Positions 38,064 to 49,200 are shown, numbered from the stretch's first letter. The stretch is DNA of 64,000 nucleotides from Methylocystis sp. (GCA_022843405.1 JALHNQ010000010.1:8957-72956), one strand, 5' to 3'. Made by a program: numbers and translations. The notes: a model not told the origin generated them from the letters alone.

Positions 38064-41000
38064 GGCTTTCTCCATTAGCGCGCGGCGGCGATTCCTCGCG
38101 ATCCGCAATTCTGCCGACGACATCGTTGGCGAGCGAACTGCCCAAAGCGATTGCGCCGATTCGCAAGAGATCGCCGGGGCCAAGCGGCGAGAGGCCGAGA
38201 AGGCGCCGGGACAATGGAAAGAGCTGCACGCCAAGCTGCAACAGCAGGGTGGCGCCGACGCCGCCGTAAAGCATCGCATTCGGCGACCTGCCGAGCTCAA
38301 AGCTCAATCCCCGTCGCTCGGATCGGCAGGCGAGGCTATGGAGCAACTGGCCGCACGTAATGCCGTGAAAGGCGACGGTGCTGGCGCGCGCCCCGCCGGC
38401 GGCGCCGCCGAGACTGAAATAGCCCAAGAGCGCGGCGACGCCCATCACCGAGCCTTCTCGAAGAATCCGCCGGAAGTCGGAAGCGGCGAGAATCGGCGCT
38501 TTCGGATCATGGGGCGGCCTGTCGAGCACATCGGGCTCCGGCGGCTCGATTCCAAGCGCAATCGCCGGCAGCGCGTCGGTCGCGAGATTGAGCCAAAGCA
38601 ACTGCATCGGCGTCAGCGGCTCACCGCCGACCAGCGCGGCGCCGAACATGGCAATGGTCTCTGACGCGTTGGTCGAGACGAGATAACGAAGCACCTTGCG
38701 GATATTCGCGTAAGTGGCGCGGCCGAGCCTGATCGCCTCGACAATGCCGTTCATGTCGTCCGTCGCGAGCACGATGTCGGCGACCTGACGGGCGACGTCG
38801 GCGCCTTCTCCGCCCATCGCGATGCCGACATTCGCGGCCCGCAAGGCGGGCCCGTCGTTGACGCCGTCGCCGGTCATCGCGACAATATGGCCATGCCCTT
38901 GCAGCGCCTTGACGATGTTGAGTTTGTCGACGGGGCTGACGCGCGCGAACACATGCGGCTGTCGCGCCAGCGCTTCGAGAGTCTCTGGCTGCATTTTCGC
39001 CATCTGGCCGGCTTCGAGCACGCGCAGTTCGCCGCCGTCATTAAGATCAAGCCGTCGCGCGATCGCGAAAGCGGTCGCGCTCTGATCGCCGGTGATCATG
39101 ACCGTGCGCACGCCGGCGCGATGCAGCTGTTTGAGCGCCGGCGCGACGCTGGCCCGAATAGGATTCGCCATGCCGGCGAGGCCGAGCCAAGTTAGCTGTC
39201 GTTCGTCGCGGGGATCGCCGCCGGCTTCGCCTACTGCGACGCCGAGGACGCGCAGCGCGTCGCCGGCCATGCGCTCATTGGCCTTGAAAATGGCCGTGCG
39301 CACCGCATCGTCGAGCGGCGCGACGCCATTGGCGGTCCCGCGCGCGGCGCAGCGTGCGAGCACCTCGGCAGGATCGCCTTTGACACAAAGAATGCGCGCG
39401 CCGTCGGCCGCTTCGTGAAGCGTGCTCATGCGCTTGCGGCCTTCGCCGCGCGCCACGCTTGTCGCCAGAGGCGCGGAGCGGCGCAGCGCGATTGGATCGA
39501 CTCCCATCGCCACGCCCGCTTCGATCAGCGCGGTTTCCGTCGGCGTGCCGTCGATCTCCCAGCCTTTCGCCGCGGGCTTCACGACGGCTTCACTGCACAG
39601 CGTCGCCGCTTCGAACAGGCGCCGCGCAATGGCGATCGCATCGACAGTCGCATCGGCGCCGTCGCGCAGCAGATGTCCATCCTGCAGATCGAACGCACCG
39701 TCGTCGACGTGAACGCGGACGGTCGCCATGCGATTTTCAGTCAGCGTGCCGGTCTTATCAAGTCCGATCGTTTCGATCGCCCCGAGGGTCTCGACGGCGT
39801 CGATCTTGCGCACCAGCACCTTGCGCTTGCGCATGTCCTGCACGCCAAGAGCGAGCGTGGTGGTTGCGACTGCGGGCAGTCCTTCAGGAATTGCGGCCAC
39901 GGCAAGCGAAATCGCGCTGCGCAAAGTGGGAATGAGCCCATGGCCGCGCAAAAGGCCAAGAGCGAAGACGCTCACGCAAATCAGACCGTTGACGACGACG
40001 AGCTCGCGCTCGACGTCGCCCAGTTCGCGTTGGATTGGAGTCGGCGGCGGCCGCAGCGCGCCGAGCAATCGTTGCACGCGGCCGATCTCCGTCTGCGCCC
40101 CGATCGCGGTGACGATCGCCATGCCCGATCCGCCGGTCGCCGCCGTTCCGCGAAACACCATGTTGCGACGATCCGAAATTCCCGTTTCCAGCGACAAAAC
40201 CACATCCTTGTCTTTAGGCGCCGGTTGAGCCTCGCCGGTGAGCGGCGATTCATTCACAGTCAGATCGTCGCTGGCGATCAGGCGCGCGTCGGCCGCAACG
40301 AACGCGCCGCGTTCGATCAGCAAGAGGTCGCCCGGCGCGAGATCGCGCGAGTCGATCCTCAGGCGCGCGCCGTCTCGGATGACGGCGGCGTCCGACGGCT
40401 CCTCGCCGGCAAGGCCCAAAATCGCGCGATCCGCCTGGCGCTCGGTGGCCGTGGCGATGCCGGCGTTGACGAACACCACGGCGGCGATCATCACCGCATC
40501 GGCGATTCCGCCGGTCGCCAGCGACACCACCGCCGATGCGGCGAGCAAAGCGACAGGCAGGCTGGACATCTGCTCGGCGAAAATGCTCGCCGCCGAGCGC
40601 GGCTCCTCGCGGCGCAGCTCGTTGCGCCCCCATTTCTCCAATCTTGCGGCCGCTTCCTCTGTCGATAGCCCTCGAGCGACGTCCGTTTTCAATCGCGCCG
40701 CGAGCGTCGCGATCGTCTCGGCATGAGCGGCGCGTTCCGGAGTACGCGAATCGTCCGCGTTGCGCGCGGGCGCGTCGGCGATCGCCGCTTCAAGCGCCTG
40801 CATCAGCCGCGCGGTCGTCATCGGCGGCTGAAATTCGACGAGCGTCGAACCGGTCAATTCGCTTGCCCGCACCCGGCGCACGCCGGGAAGATGGCGAAGT
40901 CGCTCCTCGACGGCCCGCGCCAGCGGCGCGCGGCCGCGCAAGCTCATGTGGCGCATGCGCACGCGGCCGGCGCAAGCGTCGTGAACAAGCTCGGCGCTGG

Positions 41001-41085
41001 GTTGCGCGCGCGCCTCGACGCCGAAGCGACGCGAATTTATGGGAGCGATATCTGCATCCGTCTCGGCGAGGATCATCGAGCACAT
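38053..41085 (-). CDS. P2-type (Ca2+-like) cation-transporting P-type ATPase with an N-terminal HMA2-like domain
   Basis: TGEA, AIPEGL, DKTGTLT, KGDP, MITGD, GDGVNDGPAL, TM5 STNASE and TM6 WLNLATD. Confidence 0.95.
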   Translation of the reverse strand: MCSMILAETDADIAPINSRRFGVEARAQPSAELVHDACAGRVRMRHMSLRGRAPLARAVEERLRHLPGVRRVRASELTGSTLVEFQPPMTTARLMQALEAAIADAPARNADDSRTPERAAHAETIATLAARLKTDVARGLSTEEAAARLEKWGRNELRREEPRSAASIFAEQMSSLPVALLAASAVVSLATGGIADAVMIAAVVFVNAGIATATERQADRAILGLAGEEPSDAAVIRDGARLRIDSRDLAPGDLLLIERGAFVAADARLIASDDLTVNESPLTGEAQPAPKDKDVVLSLETGISDRRNMVFRGTAATGGSGMAIVTAIGAQTEIGRVQRLLGALRPPPTPIQRELGDVERELVVVNGLICVSVFALGLLRGHGLIPTLRSAISLAVAAIPEGLPAVATTTLALGVQDMRKRKVLVRKIDAVETLGAIETIGLDKTGTLTENRMATVRVHVDDGAFDLQDGHLLRDGADATVDAIAIARRLFEAATLCSEAVVKPAAKGWEIDGTPTETALIEAGVAMGVDPIALRRSAPLATSVARGEGRKRMSTLHEAADGARILCVKGDPAEVLARCAARGTANGVAPLDDAVRTAIFKANERMAGDALRVLGVAVGEAGGDPRDERQLTWLGLAGMANPIRASVAPALKQLHRAGVRTVMITGDQSATAFAIARRLDLNDGGELRVLEAGQMAKMQPETLEALARQPHVFARVSPVDKLNIVKALQGHGHIVAMTGDGVNDGPALRAANVGIAMGGEGADVARQVADIVLATDDMNGIVEAIRLGRATYANIRKVLRYLVSTNASETIAMFGAALVGGEPLTPMQLLWLNLATDALPAIALGIEPPEPDVLDRPPHDPKAPILAASDFRRILREGSVMGVAALLGYFSLGGAAGGARASTVAFHGITCGQLLHSLACRSERRGLSFELGRSPNAMLYGGVGATLLLQLGVQLFPLSRRLLGLSPLGPGDLLRIGAIALGSSLANDVVGRIADREESPPRANGESHVS

Positions 41086-41636
41086 TGTCTGACGCGCATC
41101 GAAGCCCGCATTTCACGACCGTTCGATGACATATATAAGTTGCGGCATCGCTTGACGCGAGAACCGCGCGGCGCGCCTCGCGATCTTTCAGCGTCACCAT
41201 AATAGCGTGAAGGGCAGGCGCAACCGGCGAGACCCCGTTTCATGTCCGAAAGAGGCGCGTCTAAAGCGCGCGCCGCCGCGTCGATCACGGCGCATGGCGC
41301 GGGATGCGCCGGATTTTCGCATTGCACATTGACGTCGCTCGCCGGAACCTTAACGATCCGCCGGGCGTTTCCCGGGGAACAGCGCGCTTGCCTATATCGC
41401 CACTCGCCAGGCAAGACGACATCCCATCATTTCTTGCGCCGCCGCTGTCGCCCGACAGCTTGAAGACAGCGGCGATCGTCAAGAAAATCAAGCAGACCCG
41501 TCTCGGCAATCCGCTCGAAAGCGCGTATTTTCCGCAGCCTCTTCCTCTATGGCCCCTAGAAGGTCGCGAAATTGTGAAACATGCCTAGAAGCGCTGAAAC
41601 GACGCCCATGCCGAAACATCCGACCGAATTTCCAAT

Positions 41637-43457
41637 ATGGCCGTGGCGGCGTCTCTGATGCGCGCCTTCTCGCGCGTTTCATTTGCCGCATGCATGGCGC
41701 TGGCGATGCGCGCCTGTTTGGACGCGCCGGCTTTGGCGCAGACGACGCTCTCCAACGGCGATTGGCGCGCGGAACAGGCAAAGCGTCTGAACGCGCTCGA
41801 CGCCTATATCAGCCGGAAGCCGATCGCCTACCGGTGGTTTGCGGATTTTCCGTTTAGCCGGACGGACGGCGCGCCCTTCATCATCCTGAAGCTCTTGCCG
41901 AAGCTCGCGCCGGAAGAATGGGGAAGCGCGAATAATTTTCTCGATGTCGCCGGCCTCTTCGTCGACGAGCGCGACCCAACCTATCCGATCGCGCGCGGCT
42001 TCGGTTGGACGGGCTTGGCGCGCGAGGATCCAAACGGCGGCGTCGATTACGCCGCGATGAGTTGCGGCGCGTGCCACATCGGCCGCGTGCGGCTCGACGA
42101 CGGCAGTCTTCGCTATCTCGACGGCGGCGTGAACGCGCAGTTCAACCTCATTCAATATCGCGTCAGAGTGATCAACACGATCAAGAAGATCACCGAAGGG
42201 GCCGCAACGCTTGAGGAAAAGGTCGAACGCGCGACGCAGGAGATTGTCTCGACGCTCGACAAAATCCATGCTCAAGACAAGAATTTCTTTTACAGGAACT
42301 ACACATTCGCCGGCCGCCGGTTCGACGCCGCCTATGAGGCGCGGCAGATCGAACTCTTCAAGCAGGACGCCGCCGCGATCGTCGGAAAATATCTTGCCCG
42401 CGCCGGACTCGAATTTTTCTCGCTGCTCGATCTCATCTCCAAGAACTACCGAGGCTTCGAGGAGCAAATGACGCAAGGCCTCGGCGGCATGGTCGATGCG
42501 GCCGGCGTCGGCGCGTCGATGGCCTATGTCGCCGCCGAAGCGCGCGGCGAAATTCCCGACCCGAAGACATATCTGCCGCCGACGCCAGGAATCGCCGATA
42601 TCATGGCGGTTTGGGAGCAGCGTAAGCGCCGGCCGCGCTGGTCTGCGGATCATACGCAGCTTGTCGACGGCGGCGCCCAATGGACCGGCGACATTCCGAT
42701 TCCGATCTTTAGTGGCCTCGCCGCGCAATTGACGCTGGAGTCCGGACCCGACGTCGACATTCGCATCGCCGCCTTCAGCGAAGACTTGCTGCGCGATCTG
42801 CCGGCGCCGGCCTATCCCTTTCCCGTCGATCTCACGCTCGCAAAGAAAGGCGCGGCGCTCTTTGAAGAGAATTGCGCCCCATGTCATCGGCCGCATAACG
42901 GCAAGGTCTATGATCTGGGCGCCGATCTCAGCCGGGCGCGCGCCGTCAGCGAAACGATCGCGAAAAACGTCCGCGACAGCTTCGCAAAGATTTGTCCGCC
43001 GACAAAAGTCATCGAGATGCCGCCCTCGGGCGATCGCATCGCGCCCTGCGCGAAATTCGACGGCGTGTCGCTCGAGAACCGCGCCGACCTCTCCATGGCC
43101 GATCCCAATAAGCGTGAAGGCTATAATGCGCTTCCGCTCGGCGGCGTCTGGGCGCAGGCGCCCTATCTGCACAATGGCTCAGTGCCGACGCTGTATCATC
43201 TTCTCGTTCCGCGCGAGCGCCCGGCGGTTTTCGTGAAAGGCCGGCTCGACTACGACAAGAAGCTCGTCGGCTTCTCCTGGGAGCCGGCGCAGACGCTCTC
43301 GCGCGAGGGCTATCGTTTCGACACGACCTCCTTTCTGGCGCTCTCCAACAAGGGGCACGACAAGGATGTGGTCGAGGACGGCAAGACGTTGAAGCTCGAC
43401 TGGTCGAACGACGTCGCCGGCGCCATGGCCATCGTCGAATATTTGAAGACGAAGTGA
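41637..43457 (+). CDS. Exported di-haem c-type cytochrome (RoxA/di-haem peroxidase-like)
   Basis: Signal peptide, two CxxCH motifs (CGACH, CAPCH) and PLGGVWAQAPYLHNGSVPTL. Confidence 0.8.
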   Translation: MAVAASLMRAFSRVSFAACMALAMRACLDAPALAQTTLSNGDWRAEQAKRLNALDAYISRKPIAYRWFADFPFSRTDGAPFIILKLLPKLAPEEWGSANNFLDVAGLFVDERDPTYPIARGFGWTGLAREDPNGGVDYAAMSCGACHIGRVRLDDGSLRYLDGGVNAQFNLIQYRVRVINTIKKITEGAATLEEKVERATQEIVSTLDKIHAQDKNFFYRNYTFAGRRFDAAYEARQIELFKQDAAAIVGKYLARAGLEFFSLLDLISKNYRGFEEQMTQGLGGMVDAAGVGASMAYVAAEARGEIPDPKTYLPPTPGIADIMAVWEQRKRRPRWSADHTQLVDGGAQWTGDIPIPIFSGLAAQLTLESGPDVDIRIAAFSEDLLRDLPAPAYPFPVDLTLAKKGAALFEENCAPCHRPHNGKVYDLGADLSRARAVSETIAKNVRDSFAKICPPTKVIEMPPSGDRIAPCAKFDGVSLENRADLSMADPNKREGYNALPLGGVWAQAPYLHNGSVPTLYHLLVPRERPAVFVKGRLDYDKKLVGFSWEPAQTLSREGYRFDTTSFLALSNKGHDKDVVEDGKTLKLDWSNDVAGAMAIVEYLKTK

Positions 43458-43525
43458 CATTAGAAAATTTAGCCAGCGCCGGCTGGCGCCCTGCTTGTTC
43501 TTCCGTGGCGATTGGATGAAGGTTT

Positions 43526-43646
43526 CCTCATCCTGAAGAGCGTGCGCAGCACGCGTCTCGAAGGACGAGGAAACCAAATTATGCGCCATCCTTGGGACCT
43601 CGCCCTCGCGCTTCAAGACGCGCCCTCGGCGCTCCTCAGCATGAGG
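43526..43646. repeat. Alphaproteobacterial REP/RIME-like nested palindrome
   Basis: Outer arms CCTCATCCTGAAGAGCG / CGCTCCTCAGCATGAGG (15/17 complementary). Inner arms CGCGTCTCGAAG / CTTCAAGACGCG (11/12). Confidence 0.8.
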
Positions 43647-43654
43647 GCGAGCCA

Positions 43655-43870
43655 ATGAAAGCCTTTGCCTCTGAAATTTACGCCGCCGTCCGCTCTGGGA
43701 AACTGCGCGAGCCATTCACAGCTACGACAGCAAAGCTCGCCTGTCCTGGGTGGGCAGACGCCACTTACAAAGTGTTCTTTAACAAGCATCGGGTTGGCAA
43801 TCCTGGGAATACGACGGAACTTTTTATCCGCGTCGCACCTGGTCAGTTTCGCATCATAAATTCAAACTGA
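43655..43870 (+). CDS. Small hypothetical protein (71 aa)
   Basis: MKAFASEIYAAVRSGKLREPF...CPGWADATY...KHRVGNPG...LFIRVAPGQF. Visibly lower GC than its neighbours. Confidence 0.6.
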   Translation: MKAFASEIYAAVRSGKLREPFTATTAKLACPGWADATYKVFFNKHRVGNPGNTTELFIRVAPGQFRIINSN

Positions 43871-43888
43871 GCCCCCTAACCCCGTCGC

Positions 43889-43933
43889 TTGACTCTCCCA
43901 CACCAGGAGTCATTATAGGAACATAACAGGAAC
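43889..43933 (+). promoter_or_regulatory. imuA promoter with an alphaproteobacterial LexA (SOS) box
   Basis: TTGACT (43889), CATTAT/TATAGG -10 region, and GAAC-ataacag-GAAC at 43919-43933, 7 bp upstream of the ATG. Confidence 0.88.
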
Positions 43934-43940
43934 ACATGAG

Positions 43941-44738
43941 ATGACCCATCCGCTGGCGTCGCTGCGGAAAAGCCTGGCTTGCGCCCATCCGGCCGCAGCT
44001 TCCGAGACGATCGCGCTCGGCGCGCCCGCCCTCGATCGGCGGCTCGGCGGCGGGATTCTCCGCGCCGCGCTGCATGAGGCCTATGCCGGGACCGCCGCCG
44101 ACGCCCCGGCGGCGACGGGCTTCGCTTTGGCGCTCGCCAGACGCGCAATGGCGGGAAAGCAGAAGCCGCTGCTCTGGGTCCGGCAGGAGGCGCTGAGCAC
44201 CGAAGCGGGCGCGCCCTATCCGCCGGGCCTCGCCGACATCGACATCGACCCCGCCGCCGTCGCCTTCATTCGCGTGCGCGACGCCAAGGAGGCGCTGCAG
44301 GCGGGCGCGGAGGCCGGACGCTGCGCAACTGTGGGCGCGACGCTGATCGAACTCTTCGGCGCAGCGCGCGCCTATGACCTCACCGCGAGCCGTCGCCTCG
44401 CTCTGGCCGCCGCCGCCGCCGGCGCGCCGATCTTCATCGTCCGCGCAGGCGCCGCCCCCGCGCCAAGCGCCGCCGCAAGCCGCTGGCTTGTGCGGGCGCT
44501 CCCCTCCCGCCCGCGCGCGGCGAATGCGCCGGGGTCTGCGGCCTTTGCGATTTTTCTGCTGCGCCAGCGCGGCGGCGCGGCGGGGCATGCGTGGCGTGTG
44601 GAGTGGAACCGTGACCGTGGCGCCTTCAAGGACAGAACTTTCGACGCACCGTCGCTATCTCGCCCTGTGGCTTCCCTTTCTGTCGGCGGAGCGCCTGACG
44701 AAGTCGCGCCGCAGACAGCCGGACGCAAATTCGGATGA
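43941..44738 (+). CDS. imuA: ImuA (RecA-like, inactive) mutasome protein
   Basis: LDRRLGGGILRAALHE, LLWVRQ, SRRLALAA and LLRQRGG. First gene of the SOS-boxed cassette. Confidence 0.88.
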   Translation: MTHPLASLRKSLACAHPAAASETIALGAPALDRRLGGGILRAALHEAYAGTAADAPAATGFALALARRAMAGKQKPLLWVRQEALSTEAGAPYPPGLADIDIDPAAVAFIRVRDAKEALQAGAEAGRCATVGATLIELFGAARAYDLTASRRLALAAAAAGAPIFIVRAGAAPAPSAAASRWLVRALPSRPRAANAPGSAAFAIFLLRQRGGAAGHAWRVEWNRDRGAFKDRTFDAPSLSRPVASLSVGGAPDEVAPQTAGRKFG

Positions 44739-46200
44739 TTCGCCGCTCGTCCTCGTCAAAAAAGAGCGCAGCGCGTTGCGCATCGACGCGCTCGATCGAA
44801 AGGCGATCGCGCTCGGCTTGACGCCGGGCATGACGCTCGCCGACGCCAAAGCGCGCGCGCCCCATCTCGCCGTCGCGCAGGCCGACGCGGCGGCGGACGA
44901 GCGGCTGATGCTGCGGCTTGCCGCCTTTTGCGAACAGTTCACGCCGCTCGTGGCGCTCGATCCGCCTTGCGGCCTCATGCTCGACGCGACCGGCTGCGCG
45001 CATCTTTTCGGCGGCGACGCGGCGATGCGCGCTTACGTCTTACGAGCGATGGCGCGCCTCACTTTCTCGGGACGCGCCGCTGTCGCCGGAACGCCGGACG
45101 CCGCGCGCGCCCTGGCGCGTTTTGGCGAGACGGCCGTCGCGCCTCCGGGCGAAGAGGAAGTTTTTGCCCGGCCGCTCTCCATCGCCGCGCTCGAAGCGCC
45201 AAGAGAGACGAGCGTCGCGCTGACGCGCGCCGGCCTCACGACATTGGGCGATCTCGCCGATCGTTCTTCGGCCGCGCTGACGGCGCGTTTCGGCGATGAA
45301 ACGATGCGGCGGCTGACGCGCATTCTGGGACGCGAAGACGCGCGCATCACGCCCTTGCGGTCCCTGCCGGAATGCATGGTCGAGCGGCGCTTCGCCGAAC
45401 CTTTTCTCGATCTCTCCGCGATAGAAAACGTTCTGCGCCCATTGATCGTGGAAGCGACGGGCATTCTCGAAAAGCGCGGCGAAGGCGGCCGCGCGTTCGA
45501 AGCGCGCTTCTTTCGCACCGACGGCGCCGTCGCGTCCCTACGCTTCGAAACCGGCGCGCCCTCGCGCAATGTCGAGGCGCTGCTGCGGCTCTTTCGCCTG
45601 AAGGCCGACTCGCTCGCCGATCCGCTCGATCCGGGATATGGCTTCGACGTCATCCGCTTTTGCGTCCTCAACGCCGAAACTCTGGCGCAAAGCCAGATCG
45701 GCTTCGAACGGCAGGACGCGCAAGATGGCGATTTCGCCGATCTCGTCGATCGTCTCGCGGCGCGTTTCGGCCGCGAATGCGTGCTGCGCTTTGCGGCGCG
45801 TGACACGCATGATCCCATGCGCGCCGCCGCCTATGTCGACGCCGCCGCGTCTCCTTCTTCCCCGCCCAGTTCCTGGCCGAAGCCTGAGCCGGGCGAGCCG
45901 CCCTTGCGGCCGCTGTTTCTGTTCGATCCGCCGCAGCCCATCGAAACCATGGCGGAGACGCCGGACGGTCCGCCGATGCATTTCAAATGGCGCCGCGTGC
46001 GCCATTTGATCGCCCGCGCCGAAGGGCCGGAGCGCATCGCGCCGGAATGGTGGCGCAACGCCGCCGGCGCGCGCCCGCGAACACGCGACTATTACCGCCT
46101 CGAAGATCGCGACGGCCGTCGCTTCTGGGTGTTTCGCGAAGGGCTCTATGAAAGCGAAACCGCCGCGCCGCGCTGGTTCCTGCATGGGCTCTTCGCATGA
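44587..46200 (+). CDS. imuB: ImuB (Y-family polymerase-like, inactive)
   Basis: RRYLALWLP, GLTPGMTLADA, FTPLVALD, LDATGCAHLFGG and EGPERIAPEWW...RDYYRLED. Start approximate. Confidence 0.92.
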   Translation: MRGVWSGTVTVAPSRTELSTHRRYLALWLPFLSAERLTKSRRRQPDANSDDSPLVLVKKERSALRIDALDRKAIALGLTPGMTLADAKARAPHLAVAQADAAADERLMLRLAAFCEQFTPLVALDPPCGLMLDATGCAHLFGGDAAMRAYVLRAMARLTFSGRAAVAGTPDAARALARFGETAVAPPGEEEVFARPLSIAALEAPRETSVALTRAGLTTLGDLADRSSAALTARFGDETMRRLTRILGREDARITPLRSLPECMVERRFAEPFLDLSAIENVLRPLIVEATGILEKRGEGGRAFEARFFRTDGAVASLRFETGAPSRNVEALLRLFRLKADSLADPLDPGYGFDVIRFCVLNAETLAQSQIGFERQDAQDGDFADLVDRLAARFGRECVLRFAARDTHDPMRAAAYVDAAASPSSPPSSWPKPEPGEPPLRPLFLFDPPQPIETMAETPDGPPMHFKWRRVRHLIARAEGPERIAPEWWRNAAGARPRTRDYYRLEDRDGRRFWVFREGLYESETAAPRWFLHGLFA

Positions 46201-49200
46201 GCTCGCCTTTCGCCGAACTCGTCGCGGCGACGAATTTCTCCTTCCTGCGCGGCGCGTCGCATCCGTCAGACATGGCGCTGACGGCGCTGCTGCTCGGCCA
46301 TAGCGGAATTGGCATCGCCGACCGCAACAGCGTCGCCGGGGTCGTGCGCGCCTATGCCGCGCTGAAGGAACTGCGCGAAAAATTAAGCGATCCGCCGGCC
46401 GGCGACGAGGTGACGCTCGCGCAGCTCGGTGCAGAGCGCGCCCAATCCTTCAAGCTCGCCGTCGGCGCGCGGCTCGTCTTCGCCGACGAGACGCCGGACA
46501 TCATCGTATATCCGCAAAATCGCAACGGCTGGGCAAAGCTCACGCGGCTGCTGACGATAGGGAATCTTCGCGCCAGGAAAGGCGAATGCCATCTTTATGT
46601 CGACGATCTCGCGCGGGCCGCCCGCGATCTGCTGCTGATCGTCATGCCGTCGCGCAATCTGGCGCGCCTGCCGTCGACGCTCGCGCTTTTGCGCGATCTT
46701 GCGCAAGGCGACGTCTGGCTCGGCGCGACCATGCCGCGGCGCGGCGACGACAGGCGCCGTCTCGCGAAACTGAAAGAGATCGCCGCGCGCGGGGGGACGC
46801 CGCTGCTTGCGACGAATGACGCGCTTTACGCCGATCCCGGCCAGCGCGATCTGCAAGACGTCATGACCTGCATTCGCGAAGGCGTGACGCTCGCGCAAGC
46901 CGGGCGCCGGCTGGAGGTCAACGCCGAACGCCATTTGAAGACGCCCGACGAAATGGCGCGTCTCTTTACCGACGCGCCGGAGGCGATCGAAGAGACGCAA
47001 TGTTTTCTGGCGCGCGTCGATTTCTCGCTCGATCAGCTGAAATATGAATATCCGGACGAGCCTATTCCGCCGGGGCGAAACCCCCAGGAATGGCTCGAGG
47101 AACTGACCTGGCGTCACGCCGCGATGCGCTATCCGCAAGGCGTGCCGGAGCAAGTCGATAAGCTCCTGCGCGAAGAACTGGCGCTCATCGAGACACTCGA
47201 CTATGCGCGCTATTTTCTTACCATTCACGACATCGTGCGGATCGCCGAAGACAAGGGGATTCTCTGCCAGGGTCGCGGCTCCGCCGCCAATTCCGCCGTC
47301 TGTTACGTGCTCGGCGTCACCTGCGTCGATCCGGCGGAGAACGACCTGCTCTTCGCCAGATTCATCTCGCAGGAGCGCAAGGAGCCGCCCGACATTGACG
47401 TCGATTTCGAGCATGAGCGGCGCGAAGAGATCATCCAGCATATTTACGGCAAATACGGCCGCGAACGCGCCGGGCTCGTCGCGACCGTCATCAGCTACCG
47501 GCCGCGCAGCGCCATTCGCGAAGTCGGCAAGGTCTTCGGACTGACCGAGGATGTGACCGCCGCGCTCGCCGGCATGCAATGGGGCAGCTGGGGCTCCGAC
47601 ATTCCGCTGGCCTACATCCGCCAGACCGGGCTTGATTCCGAAAATCCAATCATCCGCCGCGCCATTCATTTCGCCAAGCGGCTGCTTGGCTTTCCGCGCC
47701 ATCTCTCGCAGCATGTCGGCGGCTTCGTTCTCGCGCGCGGGCGGCTCGACGAGCTGACGCCGATCGCCAACGCCGCGATGCCCGACCGCACCTTCATCGA
47801 ATGGGACAAGGACGACATCGACGCGCTCGGCCTGATGAAGGTCGATGTGCTGGCGCTCGGCATGCTCACCTGCATTCGAAAATGTTTCGACTATTTGCGC
47901 GCCCATGAAGAAAGGGACATCGGCCTCGCCGACGTCCCGTCCGACGACAAAGCGACCTACGACATGCTGTGCAGAGGCGACTCGATCGGCGTCTTTCAGG
48001 TCGAAAGCCGCGCGCAGATGAACATGCTGCCGCGCCTGAAGCCGCGTGAATTCTACGATCTCGTCATTCAGGTGGCGATCGTGCGGCCGGGACCCATACA
48101 GGGCAATATGGTGCATCCCTATTTGCGTCGCCGCTCCGGAAGCGAGCCGGTGATCTATCCTTCGCCCGCGCCCGAGCATGGGCCGGCGGACGAATTGCGC
48201 AAGGTGCTCGAAAAGACCAAGGGCGTGCCGCTCTTTCAGGAGCAGGCGATGAAGCTCGCCATGGTCGCGGCGAAATTCTCCGATGTTGAAGCCAATCGTC
48301 TGCGCCGCGCCATGGCGACCTTCCGCAATGTCGGCACGATCCATCAATTCGAATCAATGATGGTCGAGCGCATGGCGGCGCGCGGCTATGACCGCGGCTT
48401 CGCGCAAAGCTGTTTCGAACAGATCAAGGGCTTCGGCTCTTATGGCTTTCCAGAGAGCCACGCCGCGTCCTTCGCCAAGCTCGTCTATGTCTCTTCCTGG
48501 ATCAAATGCCACTATCCGGCGATCTTCGCCTGTGCGCTGCTCAATTCACAGCCGATGGGCTTTTACGCGCCGGCGCAGATTGTGCGCGACGCGCGCGAGC
48601 ATGGCGTGGAGGCGCGCGCTGTCGACGTGAATTTCAGCGAATGGGACAATACGCTGGAGCACGCGGAAAACGGAGATTTGGCGCTGCGTCTCGGCTTTCG
48701 ACAGGCGGACGGCGTGCATGAAAGCGAAGGAAGACGCATCGTCGAAGCGCGAACCAAATCCTATGACAGCGTCGAAGATCTGGCGCGGCGCGCGGCGCTC
48801 AACGCCGCGACGATGCGCGCGCTCGCCGACGCTGACGCTTTTCGCTCCTTGCAGAGCGACCGCCGCGACGCGCTCTGGGCCGTGCGGCGTCTGCCGGACG
48901 CGAAGCCCCTGCCGCTCTTTGCGGCCGCGGACGCGCGCGAACTCGCCAAGGAAGAAGATCCGCTGCTGCCGCAGATGTCGCTTGGCGAACATGTCGCCGC
49001 CGATTACCAAACGCTGCGGCTGTCGTTGAAAGCGCATCCAATGGCGGTGCTGCGGCCGATTTTTGCGCGCGAGCGCATCAGGACCTGCGCGGAAGCAAAC
49101 GCGCTTGCCGACGGCGCCTTTGCGCGCGCGGCGGGCGTCGTGCTGGTGCGACAGCGGCCTGGACAGGGCAACGCTATTTTCGTCACGCTCGAGGATGAAA

